Positions 11,721 through 24,795 of a DNA stretch of 64,000 nucleotides are shown piece by piece. How positions within the stretch are numbered: the first letter of the stretch is position 1; each line of letters opens with the position of its first letter. The notes below the pieces were generated by a model. The model was given only the letters and a program-made list of their open reading frames with translations. It had not been told where the DNA came from and did not search any database. Source of the stretch: Ylistrum balloti (Eukaryota); the NCBI RefSeq assembly GCF_031769215.1, contig NW_026781864.1, positions 310,001 to 374,000 of the forward strand, given 5' to 3'. A program made the position numbers and the translations under genes.

Positions 11721-14700
11721 GATGTTACTTTCAATGATTACAGTACACATCTTTTTTTATTCTGTTTGTACTTACTGATGTATAATTGTCTTTAATGTAA
11801 ATTTACAAACTCTAATTGAGTAATATCTTATATAAGTCTGTTTAAAATTCCTTGGCAACTTTATGATTCTGTAAGTAAAAATTTTATCAAACTTCAATTT
11901 TAGTAAATTATTAGATTCTAAAACATTGGTATGCCGATAAATTAATTTACATATAAAGCAGTGTTAAAATGTGTTTTGTTTCATGATAATAGACAGAATC
12001 ACTAATGGTATGTGTCGGGTAACACTTTAATGTGATATCAATAATTATGATTAAATAACCTTTTCCAAATGTTAACAAGTAGGAAAGTTTTCCTTTCTTA
12101 ATTTCTAACAATGTCTAACTACAACTTAAGTCTATCATTCAAAGTTGAGTTATATGTTTACTTTACCATGTAAGCAAAACAATATCAGCAATAGCGTATG
12201 AAATTTTCACATGGGAATTTGACATTAAATGAACATTTCAGATTAAAAAAAAAAAAAGCATTTCCTGTTTGTATCAAGTGTACTGATTTTTTTTTTTTTT
12301 TTTATGTAACAAAGTCCTTGAAATGTTTTACTTGTATAAATGCTGAGTATTGTTACAGTTTTAAAGCATCTATAAGATCCTGACTTCAGAAATATGAAAG
12401 AGACAAGTGTTTACATGATCCTGACTTTACTTTGCCGTATCAAGAACAAAACCAAATGGTGTTGTTCTGTAGACACATTTATTGATGTATTTTTTTTTTC
12501 TTTTTTGAAAAAGAAAATTGAAAATAACAATTGATGGGTGATTGAGTAGCTGAGCTGGAAAGAGAATTAGTATAGTTCTGGATGATGAAATAAGTTATAA
12601 TTAATGTAAGATTAAAGCATACAGCAGTCGTAACCTAATAAATTAATCACACAACACTGAGAACTGGTTTGAGGCCTTAAATCATTATTTTTTTTAAATT
12701 GAGCATTTTCTTAGATTTTCGTCTACTTTTCAGAGATGTCACTCTTATCCTACCCTGTGTTACATGATATAAATATATTTTAATGGGGGGACTGGTGTAG
12801 CCGCAGGACTATCTGAACATGTGTATCGGTACTTAATAGTAGCAGACCAATTGCAATCACACCTTCTTCATTAAACGTGCAGGTATATTGAGCAATCGTT
12901 GATTAGTCTGGCAGCGATGTAGTTTACCTGATCAGAGTAAGTCATGAGGGATTACAATCATCACATCTTAATTAAGAAAGGAAATTCAGGGTTGACTTAA
13001 TTAACCCTAGTGATCAAATAAATGATACAAGTAGATAGCAGATATACATCCTAGAATGTCGATACCTTGGCACTATTCCTAAATATTATAAAAAAAAAAG
13101 TACCATGTGAAAACAGCATGAAATGTTACCCGTAGTCATAAGGGACTTTCTCCCTCAGTGAAACCTAGGCGTAGAGGCAGTGTTTGTTCAAACTTAACAA
13201 ATAATTCATTTGACTGTAACACCGAAAAAAATAGAAAGAAAGATAGTAATCTTATCTTTTTCACACAGCTCATTGTATAGATTTCTGTATTTCTATCACA
13301 CAATTTCTGATGGCAACTGTTTTTATTAATAGATTGATTCCGAGTGTAGGTTTCCGAGACGATGTTGGCGATTGTATTCTTATCCACAACAGTTTATAGC
13401 TTTCGTCACTTCGGGCAGAAAAAATGTTAGGAGAGGAAAAAAGTAATTTGTTATTTGCGTGTCATCTTTGGTAGTAATTTGAATGAATTCTAGTATATAT
13501 GGGATTTATGTTTGGCTGTTGTCCTCAAGCACTCAAATGATAGCGACAAAGGTGATCGATAGGTGTTCTTTAATTTCCAGATTGATGGCGTGCGATGTGC
13601 CACGGAAATTAAACTTGCATGACCATACAGGTGTCGAGTTGATTCTGAATAAGAAATGACTAACAAAAAAAACTGGTCCTGCAGATTTGATCAATTTGAT
13701 TTTGTCTAGCTGAAATCAATACACACACTGGACCTGTTTAATCTGCAATGTTTACCTAGAAATAAATATTCAGAATTCATTTACTGGAAGGGATAATAAT
13801 ATTGACTAGAAAATCTGCAAATTGTAATTAACACAAACTCTCATCAACAGCACAGTAACGATGACATATCTCGGATTTCGCTTTGATTTTTTTTATTACT
13901 TATAACTGTAGTAAATGATCATATTGTACACATTTTACATTATTTCATTAACTCATCTTTTGATTTATTTCCTTGATAACTTAATAACCCAATATTTGGT
14001 TTGGAGTTAGATACCTCCAGATTTAATCATTTTATTTTGCTGTCTGTGTGGATGCTAAATAGGAGAGAGAAGGTTTGTATAGACATTCAGTTCTTCCTTC
14101 TAACTTACAAGGTTTATTTACTGGGATAAAATCTAGACTGATAATTGACCTATAAAAATATAAAATAAATGAAACCTTAAGTTAAAAAGGTTTTTTGTGA
14201 CCGAGTTCATTTTTTGACAATTTTTTTAAAATGCCAGAATTATGTATGTTTCTCTTTTCTATTACATGTATCATTTTTTTTTGAGCTTTTCCAAGAATTA
14301 GAAGTCTGATCGAAGTTCCTCAAATTTTAGCAAGGGATACACTATGATTGTCTAATATACAGGAGAGGATGAAAATGTCACGGTCACTATTTCTAAAATT
14401 ATAAAAAAGAATATCATACATTCGTAATATTAATATCAGTTTTCATATAATTTCTATGTTAATTAAGGTAGTGAAATTGATTCCCGGTTTGATGTAATGT
14501 TAGATTCTTTATAATAGAACATCCCTATCTTCATTTAAATTAAAAAAAAAAAAAATCTGTTGTTATCAATGTATGATATAAAATGACTCGACTGTTAGAT
14601 GCTTTATAATAACCAACGTGGATTTTTATATTCCCTCTGCATGACCTTGAAGAATTAACCTACAGGTAAGTCGAATGGCTCAACATGGAATCTCATTTTA

Positions 14701-15506
14701 CCACAGAGAATATACAGCCTTTGTTTTAGATTACTATGACGCCGTAGCTTTAACAACAATACTTGTTTAGTAAACCAACACAGAACCTGGTGTCAAAGAT
14801 GCTTACAGAGGAGTCAGAGTCTGTTGAGGACCATAAAACTGCTTTATTCTTTATCTGTTTTGCTGATGTTTTCCTATTTTGAGACAACAACGTGGTTGTT
14901 TTTGATATTTTGAAGTAGTCAAGGCTATCAGAATCGTTAAAATAAGCAGTAGTGTAGGAGGTGCCCAATTCATAGTTTAGGTTGTGGGCTCAAGGCCAAA
15001 TTAAAAAAAAATATTTATCTAGTTTACTTCTCAGTAGAAAAAGGGTTGATTTATCTAATAACACAGCCCGTATTAACTGGTATCATAATTATATGTGACT
15101 ATGCCTACAGTATAAAGTGTCACACGGACAAGGCAGCTTAATTGTCAGGTAAAACAAATCTTAGACATCAGGATTAAAACTAAAGATTCAGAAGGATCTT
15201 TCTCTGTATGGATTACTAGAGGAATGATGAACATTATTGAGTTCTGAGACAGTAAATTATATTATAACAGAAAGGATTGGGAGCAGTGCAACATAACACT
15301 ATGTATACTGAGCAGCTTACTTCAGCTACTCAACCTCGAAGTAAACATTTTCTTTGTGTGCTTTTCTGCTTTTACAAAGATTAATTGACTTCCTAGAAAC
15401 CATTATCATCTGCTCCGTAGTATGTTAACTTTATCAAATTTCAGAATTGGTAGTTCAATATTTCTGTCTGTTTTCTGTTATTGATACCTGTTTTTTGTGT
15501 TCTCAG

Positions 15507-15611
15507 CAGTGAATCGTCACATTCTCAGAAAAGATCCAAGAAACGGCGCCGGCGACGCTCCCCTAGTTCTAGTTCTGACAGCCGATCTGCCAGCCCATCA
15601 GACAGTGACAG
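15507..15611 (+). CDS. Srrm234: Srrm2/3/4 internal exon (SESSHSQKRSKKRRRRRSPSSSSDSRSASPSDSD)
   Basis: Polypyrimidine tract with tandem acceptor TCTCAG|CAG|T and donor CAG|GTAGGT. Open, S/R/K-rich and phase 2-2 (105 nt), joining in frame to 28361. Linkage across the 12.7-kb intron is inferred from phase and composition. Confidence 0.75.
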
Positions 15612-16249
15612 GTAGGTACCAGTATACATCACTTCACACAGTTACCTCCCCTTTCCGTACAGTTACCTCCCTTCTCCTAATGGTTACCTATTTTCTTAAA
15701 TATAATTACCTCCCCTTTTGAAAAACAGATATTGAAACATTAATCTTGATTATACATACAATGGAAATTCATCTGATTTCTGATTTCTGTGACAATATCA
15801 TTTTTCTTTACCACCGTAATTTGTGGTTGCCTTATCATCTGACCCCTGTCAGCACTCTTGTGACCAATTCACAGCCGACAATCTATTCCACCTCTCTCAT
15901 GGGAGGATCACAAGAACGGTATTATTAGATATCCAAGGAAAGATGGACTAATGATCATGCATCTACTTCAGTGTTCGTATTTCCCTTAATGTGCAGAAAT
16001 TACGGCTTCACTGTGGAAGACTCATCACCTCGGTGTACACAGAACACATTAGTGTTTATCGGGACAGATATAAGCTGTAAGATACAATTCACCTTCATTG
16101 GTGTTGAAATTTGTTTTGGGTGAAAATATAATATATGTTTTATTTGTCATAGCATGTGTGCTGGTGTACTGGAATCATGTATTTAGAGCATAGGTGGACA
16201 GATGATGTCATGATAAGACATGTGCCTTTCACCTTAGCTGAGTAAGTCC

Positions 16250-16912
16250 TTTTTAGGTCATCTGACCTGAAGAGTCAGGATGACCTATAGCCATTGTGTT
16301 TCGTCTGTCATCATAAACCTTGTGCTGTGCATTGTCCACCAAACTCTGTTTGCCATACATAAACATTTCCATTCAAATGACTATGACAGAAGGCTAAGGG
16401 TACTGATATTGAGCCTGTAGCATGATAGGATGTAGTGCCAGTTTGTTGATATGAATGACTTTGACCCACTTTCAAGGTCACAGGAGTCAAAATGTTAAAA
16501 CCTTTAAACAACATCTTCTCAACAACCAAAAGGCGCAGGGTGCTGATATTGGGCCTGTAGCACGATGGAATGAAGGGCTACTAAGTTTGTTAAAATAAAT
16601 TACCTTGACCCACTGTCAAGGTCACAGGGGTCAAATATGTTGAAATGCATAAGCAACCTCTCAATAACCAAAATGCGAAGGGTCTTGAAATTTGGCCTGT
16701 AGCATGCTTTTCTAACAAAGAATATGTGTGGAGTAATGGCATTTGTGTATTGCATGTATAAAGAACATGATGTCTTTTTTACAGGAAATGTCTTTATGAA
16801 TCAACCAATGTCTTCTATGTAAGACATAGTGTAGATGAGCAATTTATTTTAAGCCTATTCATATATAGGTCTCTATAGTCAGATGACCCTTAAGACCTGT
16901 TGGCCTCTTGTT
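16250..16912 (+). mobile_element. Helentron-associated non-autonomous element (HINE/pearl-like)
   Basis: T-rich start and 5' hairpin GGTCATCTGACC..GTCAGGATGACC. The subterminal inverted copy GTCAGATGACC is at 16878. It ends in GGCCTCTTGTT like other copies in this window. Confidence 0.75.
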
Positions 16913-17169
16913 TATACATCCAATGAGCATCAATAAGTGTACATATGTGGAATATTTTCAGGGGTGTGAACAGTTTCCCACTCGAATCGTATACCAGTGG
17001 TTGTCAATAGTGAAGAGTAAAAGATGAACTGTATTTGATACACATTTCCTGGGGGAACATTGGGCCATATAATTACCCACATGGCATTCTGTCAGGTGAT
17101 CTGATGGATTGAGGAATGGACAACCGCCAAGCATCTGTGAAGGGGAAAAGAACATAAAACTCCATACTA

Positions 17170-17990
17170 GATATGTAGGAATCTAGATACCTCCTTTACC
17201 TGTAGTGGGGGAACATAGATATGTAGGTATTGTGATACCTTGTGTACTTGTGATGGGGGAACATAGATATTTAGGTATCGTGATACCTTGTGTACCTATG
17301 ATGGGGCTATCTCTATCAACTCCCACAACTACTTCTGACAAGTACAACATTAGTTAAGTAGGTGACCGGGAATAAAATTCAACACTATGGCCTTCTAGTA
17401 ACTGTTCACTGACATTCAAATTCTGATATGATTGATTCACTGCCATTGGTAGATAGTCCTGATGTTAAGGTCACCAGGGGAACATTGAGTTATCTCCCCT
17501 GGTAGATGATCCTAATGTTTTAAATCACAAACAAATGTGTGTGTAATACATGGAACTTATTAGCATTGGGTTATATCCAGTGGTAGATGGTTCTATTATC
17601 ATTTTTAGATTCTTAAGGGCCCATCAACACATTAAAGGTCATTAGGGCCATCAACCGGGGTAGATAGTGCTAATGTTTTCAATCACATAGAAATGTATGT
17701 GTGTTATACATGGAACCTTTTAACATGGAGTTGTCTCCCCTAGTAGTTGGTCCCACCATTTGCAGTCACCAGGAAATATGTGTGTAATACATGGAATCTA
17801 GTGATATTGAGTTATCTCCCTTGTTTTAAGTCACTAGGGAACTTGCATGTGTAATAAATGGAATGTACTAATATTGGGGTACAGCCTTTGGTAGATGACT
17901 CTGTTTTAACCCACCAGGAGACGTTTATGTGTAATACATGAAAACTTGTAGAGTTATTTCCCCTGGTAGATGGCCCTGATGTTTTTATGT
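17170..17990. repeat. Degenerate tandem repeats
   Basis: Recurring GGGGAACATAGATAT..GTGATACC and GAGTTATCTCCCCTGGTAGATG..AATACATGGA motifs. Confidence 0.6.
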
Positions 17991-18599
17991 TCCCAGGAGG
18001 CACATAATTATAAAACAATCAAAGTTCAGTCATGCTTTGAAGATTTTGTAATTAACTGAAAAATATAATGCTTTAAATGGACTTCAAAAGAAGTTTAAAA
18101 AAAACAACAACAAAAGCACATTAATCATAAAGAAATTTTCAAAGATTTTTTTTTCGTCCAATTCTGTCACTTTGAATTGAAGCTTCAATAAAATATGATT
18201 TGGTAAAAGTACTAAAGGCTGATCAATACATAGGAACTAATACATATAAATCTAAATTAGAAAATTGCAAAAATAATTCAACACAAAATTTGTTAATACT
18301 GCCATTGTGATTTATGGGAGAGGCATATTTTGTGGAATGAAAAATTTGTTTCATCCGCCAATCTTTTTAAATTTGATTGTGTGTGGTATCTGTTTTTGAA
18401 TCACAAGCAATTAATATTGACAAGTCTTCTCATCTGATCTTAAATGTGTCGGTGTTAATGGGAAGATGAATTAGGATTGAAGAGGGAGGAGTGACTGGAA
18501 ATACTTGAAAGGGTTAGGAGGGAAACACTAGAAACAGTGATCTTTATAGAGGGATGTTCTAAAGATCTCAGTTATAGGGGGACTAGGAAGAAGGTTATT

Positions 18600-20075
18600 A
18601 GAGATATTTGGAAGAAGGAGGCTGGAGATCTCGAGAAAGAGGCTGGAGATCTTGAGAAGAAGGAGGCTGGAGATCTTGAGAAGAAGGAAGCTGGAGATCT
18701 TGAGAAGCTGGGGATCTTGAGAAGGAGGAAGCTGGAGATCTTGAGAAGAAGGAAGCTGGAGATCTTGAGAAGAAGGAAGCTGGAGATCTTGAGAAGAAGG
18801 AAGCTGGAGATCTGAAGAAGAAAGGAGCTGGAGATCTTGAGAAGCTGGGGATCTTGAGAAGAAGGAAGCTGGAGATCTTGAGAAGCTGGAGATCTTGAGA
18901 AGGAGGAAGCTGGAGATCTTGAGAAGGAGGAAGCTGGAGATCTTGAGAAGAAGGAAGCTGGAGATCTTGAGAAGAAGGAAGCTGGAGATTTTGGGAAGAA
19001 GGAAACTTAAGATCTTGAGAAGAGGAGGCAAAGAATCTTTGGAAGAAGGCAGCTAAAGATTTCAGGATGAAGGAACCTGGAGATCTTGAGAAAAGGGAAG
19101 CTGAAAATCTAGAGAAGAGGAAAGCTAGAGATCTTGTGAAAGGGAAGCTAGGAATCTTTGGAAGATGAAAGCTGGAGATCTTGTGAAGGGGAAGCTGAAG
19201 ATCTAGAAAATAGGGAGGCTGGAGATCTTGTGAAGAAGGAAGATAAAGATTTTAAGAAGATAGAAGCTAAAGATCTTGTTAAGGGGGAAGCTTCAGATCT
19301 AAAAAATAAGGAAGCTAGAGATCTTGTGAAGAGGAAGCTGAAGATCTAGAAAAGAGGGAGGCTAGAGATTTTATGAAGACGGAAACTACAGATCTAGAGA
19401 TTACAGAAGCTAAGGGTCTTGATAAAGGGAAGCAAGAGACTGTTGGAAGATGGAAGCTAGAAAGCTAGGGAAGAGGGAAGCTAGAAAGCTAAGCTAGAAA
19501 GCTAGGGAAGAGGGAAGCTAGAAAGCTAGGGAAGAGGGAAACTAGAAAGCTAGGGAAGAGGGAAGCTAGAAAGCTAGGGAAGAGGGAAGCTAGAAAGCTA
19601 GGGAAGAGGGAAGCTGGAAAGCTAGGGAAGAGGGAAGCTGGAAAGCTAGGGAAGAGGGAAGCTAGAAAGCTAGGGAAGAGGGAAGCTAGAAAGCTAGGGA
19701 AGAGGGAAGCTGGAAAGCTAGGGAAGAGGGAAGCTGGAAAGCTAGGGAAGAGGGAAGCTAGAAAGCTAGGGAAGAGGGAAGCTAGAAAGCTAAGCTAGAA
19801 AGCTAGGGAAGAGGGAAGCTGGAAAGCTAGGGAAGAGGGAAGCTAGAAAGCTAGGGAAGATGGAAGCTAGAAAGCTAGGGAAGATGGAAGCTAGAAAGCT
19901 AGGGAAGATGGAAGCTAGAAAGCTAGGGAAGAGGGAAGCTGGAAAGCTAGGGAAGAGGGAAGCTAGAAAGCTAGGGAAGAGGGAAGCTAGAAAGCTAGGA
20001 AAGAGGGAAGCTAGAAAGCTAGGGAAGATGGAAGCTAGAAAGCTAGGGAAGAGGGAAGCTAGAAAGCTAGGGAAG
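18600..20075. repeat. Two related 24-bp polypurine minisatellites in tandem
   Basis: GAAGAAGGAAGCTGGAGATCTTGA array (18600-19420, decaying), followed by a GGGAAGAGGGAAGCTAGAAAGCTA array (about 19453-20075). Confidence 0.95.
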
Positions 20076-20504
20076 CTTTAGACCTCGAGAAGTAGCTAAT
20101 TAAAGATCATGGAGAAAAGGCAAGCCAGAGAAGATAGAGGAAGTAAGGAAGTGATCTTAGTAAGAAGGAAAGTGAAGTATCTAGGGGATTACATCATGTT
20201 GGATGAGTTATAAGGTGTACTGAACTCTGTGATTTATGTTTATAAGCTATATTAGATATTGACAGGGACTGGAATACACTGTTAATATCAGGCTTTAGCA
20301 TTCGTTCAGTATCCACATAACCCCACACCATTCGGCTTTATCATTCTGTAATAACATCCATCACATAACTGTCTTACTATCAGAGTAAAAACACCCAACA
20401 CATGACTGTCCTGTTATCAGTGAAATAGCACTTATTATATAACTACCCTGGTATCAGTGTAATAACATCCATCACATAACTCAAACTACCATGTTATCAG
20501 TTAT

Positions 20505-21295
20505 TATATCACATAGCTACCCTGATGTCAGTGTTATAACATAACTATCTTGTTGTTATTATAACACATAGCTTCCCTGATGTCAGTGTTATAACATAAC
20601 TATCTTGCTGTTATTATAACACATAGCTACCCTGATGTCAGTGTTATAACATAACTATCTTGCTGTTATTATAACACATAGCTTCCCTGATGTCAGTGTT
20701 ATAACATAACTATCTTGTTGTTATTATAACACATAGCTACCCTGATGTCAGTGTTATAACATAACTATCTTGCTGTTATTATAACACATAGCTTCCCTGA
20801 TGTCAGTGTTATAACATAACTATCTTGCTGTGATTATAACAAATAGCTACCCTGATGTCAGTGTTATAACATTCAGTATTACATAACTATCTTGCTGTTA
20901 TTATAACACATAGCTACCCTGATGTCAGTGTTATAACATAACTATCTAGCTGTTATTATAACACATAGCTACCCTGATGTCAGTGTTATAACATAACTAT
21001 CTAGCTGTTATTATAACACATAGATACCCTGATGTCAGTGTTATAACATTCAGTATTATATAACTATCTTGTTGTTATTATAACACATAGCTACCCTGAT
21101 GTCAGTGTTATAACATAACTATCTTGCTGTTATTATAACACATAGCTACCCTGATGTCAGTGTTATAACATAACTATCTTGCTGTTATTATAACACATAG
21201 CTTCCCTGATGTCAGTGTTATAACATAACTATCTTGCTGTTATTATAACACATAGCTACCCTGATGTCAGTGTTATAACATTCAGGTTTACATAA
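20505..21295. repeat. 55-bp minisatellite; some units carry a short insertion
   Basis: CCTGATGTCAGTGTTATAAC at 20521, 20576 and onward. Confidence 0.95.
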
Positions 21296-23339
21296 CATTC
21301 CTTGTATCTGGGTAATTCTTTTCTTTAAATTTTGATAACACTTTATTTCAGGGGAAATAATTAAGTTAAGTTTTATTGGTAAAATTTGGAAGAATATTAA
21401 CTGAAATATTATGATTTAAACTTGAGACATCTCAGATGTAACCCTTTCCCTTCTCATTAAAGCAGTCAACTTGCTTTTCCGTGACGATTGAGTCATCAGC
21501 TGGATGTAAAAGGAGGCACACTGTGCAGCAGGTGTTCATATGACGTTAATAGTGTCGCTAGTAACCAAATACAATCAGTTCTCTTTAAAATATCATGTCC
21601 CTCAAGTTTCATTCAATGCCATCACCTTCTGTATTAGATTCATATTTTCTTTTAATTTGTCGAAAATGTTATTTGAGTTGAAGTTTTATTTTTTTTAAGC
21701 TATTCATTTCTATGTCAGAATGAGTAACCATTGTTACTAGTGCACAACAGGGGAGAGAACCCTCATGATGAAAATGTGTCCTCTCCAGATTAGTTAGATA
21801 TCGGAAAAAGGCTGGATGGTAATGACACTTATTTGGTATAACACTATGTAATTTACATAGCCTATGTAAAAACATTGTGGAAATGTGCCCAAGGGCTGAA
21901 ATTATCTTTATAGGGAGATTTGAAAATTACATTGATGTGGCAGTAAGCCTGCCTGATACTTTGAACATATATACACCAAGCAATACATATTTGAATGATT
22001 TTAAAGTGTCTTTTTCATCTACAGTGATCATTAGACTCAGAATGGTTAATAGTACAGTCATGTACTAGTTCACTTTAGCCTTGTATTCAGACATCACTGA
22101 CACTCCTGACACTCCTGACTAAGGAAGGCGGAGAAGGTGTAGAGGGCGTCTATCAGTGTGAGGATGAAATTATCCAAAATCTATTTGTTGAACTCAAAAT
22201 GTACATCAACAAAGAAAAACTTGTATGAAATATTGGTCTGCATGGTTAAGTCCACAGAGAGCAAACTTCTACTTCTCCAGATCACTGTTCCAAATTAAAA
22301 GATTCAATAGAAGAACCTGCCAGTCGAGCAGGTTTGTTATCGTCGTGGTGACAGTTTTCTCTCAGGAATGACAGATGGTTGAACAGGAGGGAATTGTGTT
22401 ATAATAGAAAGAAACTGCCTGGAGACAATCTCACCCGTTATAAAAGATGGACTAGCCAGGTATGAAATATTGATCATTGCATCACTAAGCTTGTAAAGAA
22501 AGCCAACAATGTGTAGTTATACTTCACTGCCTTTGATAATATTGTGTGTTAATATACTGTTCCTTAAACCCCAGAGGAACGTCTGTGAGGCTCGAGGAGT
22601 GTGTACAAGGCCCAAGGAACCTCAAGACTCTTGTAGTGATGGAATCCTTGTGAGGCACTACCCACAGCTGGACATTCATCAGTCTGACCATCGGCCCAAT
22701 AGACATTTGAAATTACAGGACCGTCCCTCAAGAGGGGCAAGAGAAATGGCTGCTGTGTTACTGTTGTAACCTATACGTCATTTACACTCCCTCTAACAGG
22801 ACTTTGATGTTGACTTATAATTACGTACTCTATGAAAAAGCCATATTTGTAGATTTATGAAGTACCAGTGATAATGAATTGCTGTAATTCTCTAAGCCAG
22901 ACAGGCAGAAGTGACATTACAAGGGCTTGTAACGTCAGTACAACAATCCCTTATAACCAATACCTACCTTATCTTCGATCGTTATTCTAAATAAAAGTAC
23001 CAAGGTAGGTTTATATCAAACCTCACTTGATCATATCAGACAGATCACAGCAGAAATTTTTTAAAAAGTTGTAACCAGATTTGAAATCAAACTTTCCGAT
23101 GGTATTAGGAATTCCAATACAACTCCAGAATTTGTCCCATGGTAACACTAATTGTTACTTTGTCTGGAACTGTTGAGGTGTTTCAGGCAATCTCATTACT
23201 ACTACCAAAAAACATTTATAAAAAGTAAAAAGATGATTCCATAACAATTTTCATTCAGTTTCAAAAGATAAGGTATGCAGACAATTGTTACACAATGAAA
23301 ATCAGTGTACAGTGTAAGCATGCCTTGTATGATGGAAAA

Positions 23340-23745
23340 GCTCCATAGTCGAAGGTAAACCAAAACTTTGAACTATATGGTCCTCACCCCCAGAGGCCTG
23401 AAAGGTGGAGCCAAAGGGTGTTAAATTGGCTCCAATTTCAAAAAGTTTTCTTCTCAACAACCAAATAATTGAGAATCCATACTCTTGATCGATGGAAGGA
23501 TCTTCAGGTGTTTTACCAGAATTGGGAATCTCATGACTGTTAGGATCTCATATTTCCCCTTAGGGAGGGGATGAAATTTACTGTAATTGATAATGGAAAA
23601 TTACATATTTGTAATTTGTTTAATCTGTTACTTAAATCACATCTCCCCAGTCTTATTATCATCATAGTCGCAATTTCTTACTCTATAAACTTTATATTCA
23701 ATAACGTTTACCTTAGATGACATCAAGGCTGTAAGGCCTCTTGTC
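23340..23745 (+). mobile_element. Partial HINE-like element
   Basis: Ends TAGATGACATCAAGGCTGTAAGGCCTCTTGT. It shares TTCTTCTCAACAACC with the 16250 copy. Confidence 0.55.
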
Positions 23746-24194
23746 TGTTGTACTTGTGGTTTTCAGTTTTGGAGCATTACATCATGAGATTGATGAATAT
23801 TTACATGACTAATGTTGTGGTTGAAGCAGAAGAGGCTAACCCTCTTGGAACATCTGGATATATGATATTTTACATGTGCTTTTTAAAGAATTTGTTGTTT
23901 ACTTTTCTTTTGTTCTGTTGGGTTGTAGTTAATGTTTGTCACAACTTCAGACCTAATGTCATTCTGTAAGTATTTTGAAATGCTGTCTTCAAACACTTAC
24001 CAAGGTGATGATAAGTATACAGGTCTTTTGGGAAATATATTGGTACTGTAGAATTTGGTGATGAAGTTTTCAGTTTAGATTTTCAGATCACATTAGAATA
24101 TCAAATCAGAATTATGTGTTAAATAGACAGAAGTAGACCTGTCTATCAGAGAATGTCCCAACACCATTGAAGTACTGTAATGTAATTCATAGCC

Positions 24195-24795
24195 AGGTAT
24201 CTCTACAGCCTAGTCATTAAGATATTTTATAGCCTGGTACAGACAGACCATTGTCATTAAGATGTTTTATACTCCGGTCCAGACACAGCATTGTCATTAA
24301 GATATTTTATAGCCTGGTACAGACACAGCCTAGTCATTAAGATATTTTATAGCCTGGTACAGACAGACCATTGTCATTAAGATGTTTTATACTCCGGTCC
24401 AGACACAGCATAGTCATTAAGATATTTTATAGCCTGGTACAGACACAGCATTGTCATTAAGATATTTCATAGCCTGGTACAGACAGACCATTGTCATTAA
24501 GATATTTTATACTCCAGTACAGACAGACCATTGTCATTAAGATGTTTTATATCCTGGTACAGACAGACCATTGTCATTAAGATATTTTATACCCCAGTAC
24601 AGAAAGACCATTGTCATTAAGATATTTTATATCCTGGTACAGACACACCATTGTCATTAAGATATTTTATACCATGGTACAGACACAGCATTGTCATTAA
24701 GATATTTTATACCCTGGTACAGACACAGCATTGTCATTAAGATATTTTATATCCTTGTACAGACACAGCATTGTCATTAAGATATTTTATACACA
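24195..24795. repeat. 40-bp minisatellite, about 15 copies
   Basis: GTCATTAAGAT at 24213, 24253 and onward. Confidence 0.95.

Noticed and set aside
1-15506. cwf21-domain (SRRM2 N-terminal) exons or a giant RS exon
   Set aside because: No MYNGIG/RGSGTNG-like or long RS-coding segment was found by eye. They are either upstream of the window or absent from this gene.
22509-22769. 86-aa + strand ORF as an Srrm234 exon
   Set aside because: From the CCCCAG| acceptor, the phase-2 frame stops after 25 codons. The long frame is incompatible with the flanking exons and has no recognisable similarity.
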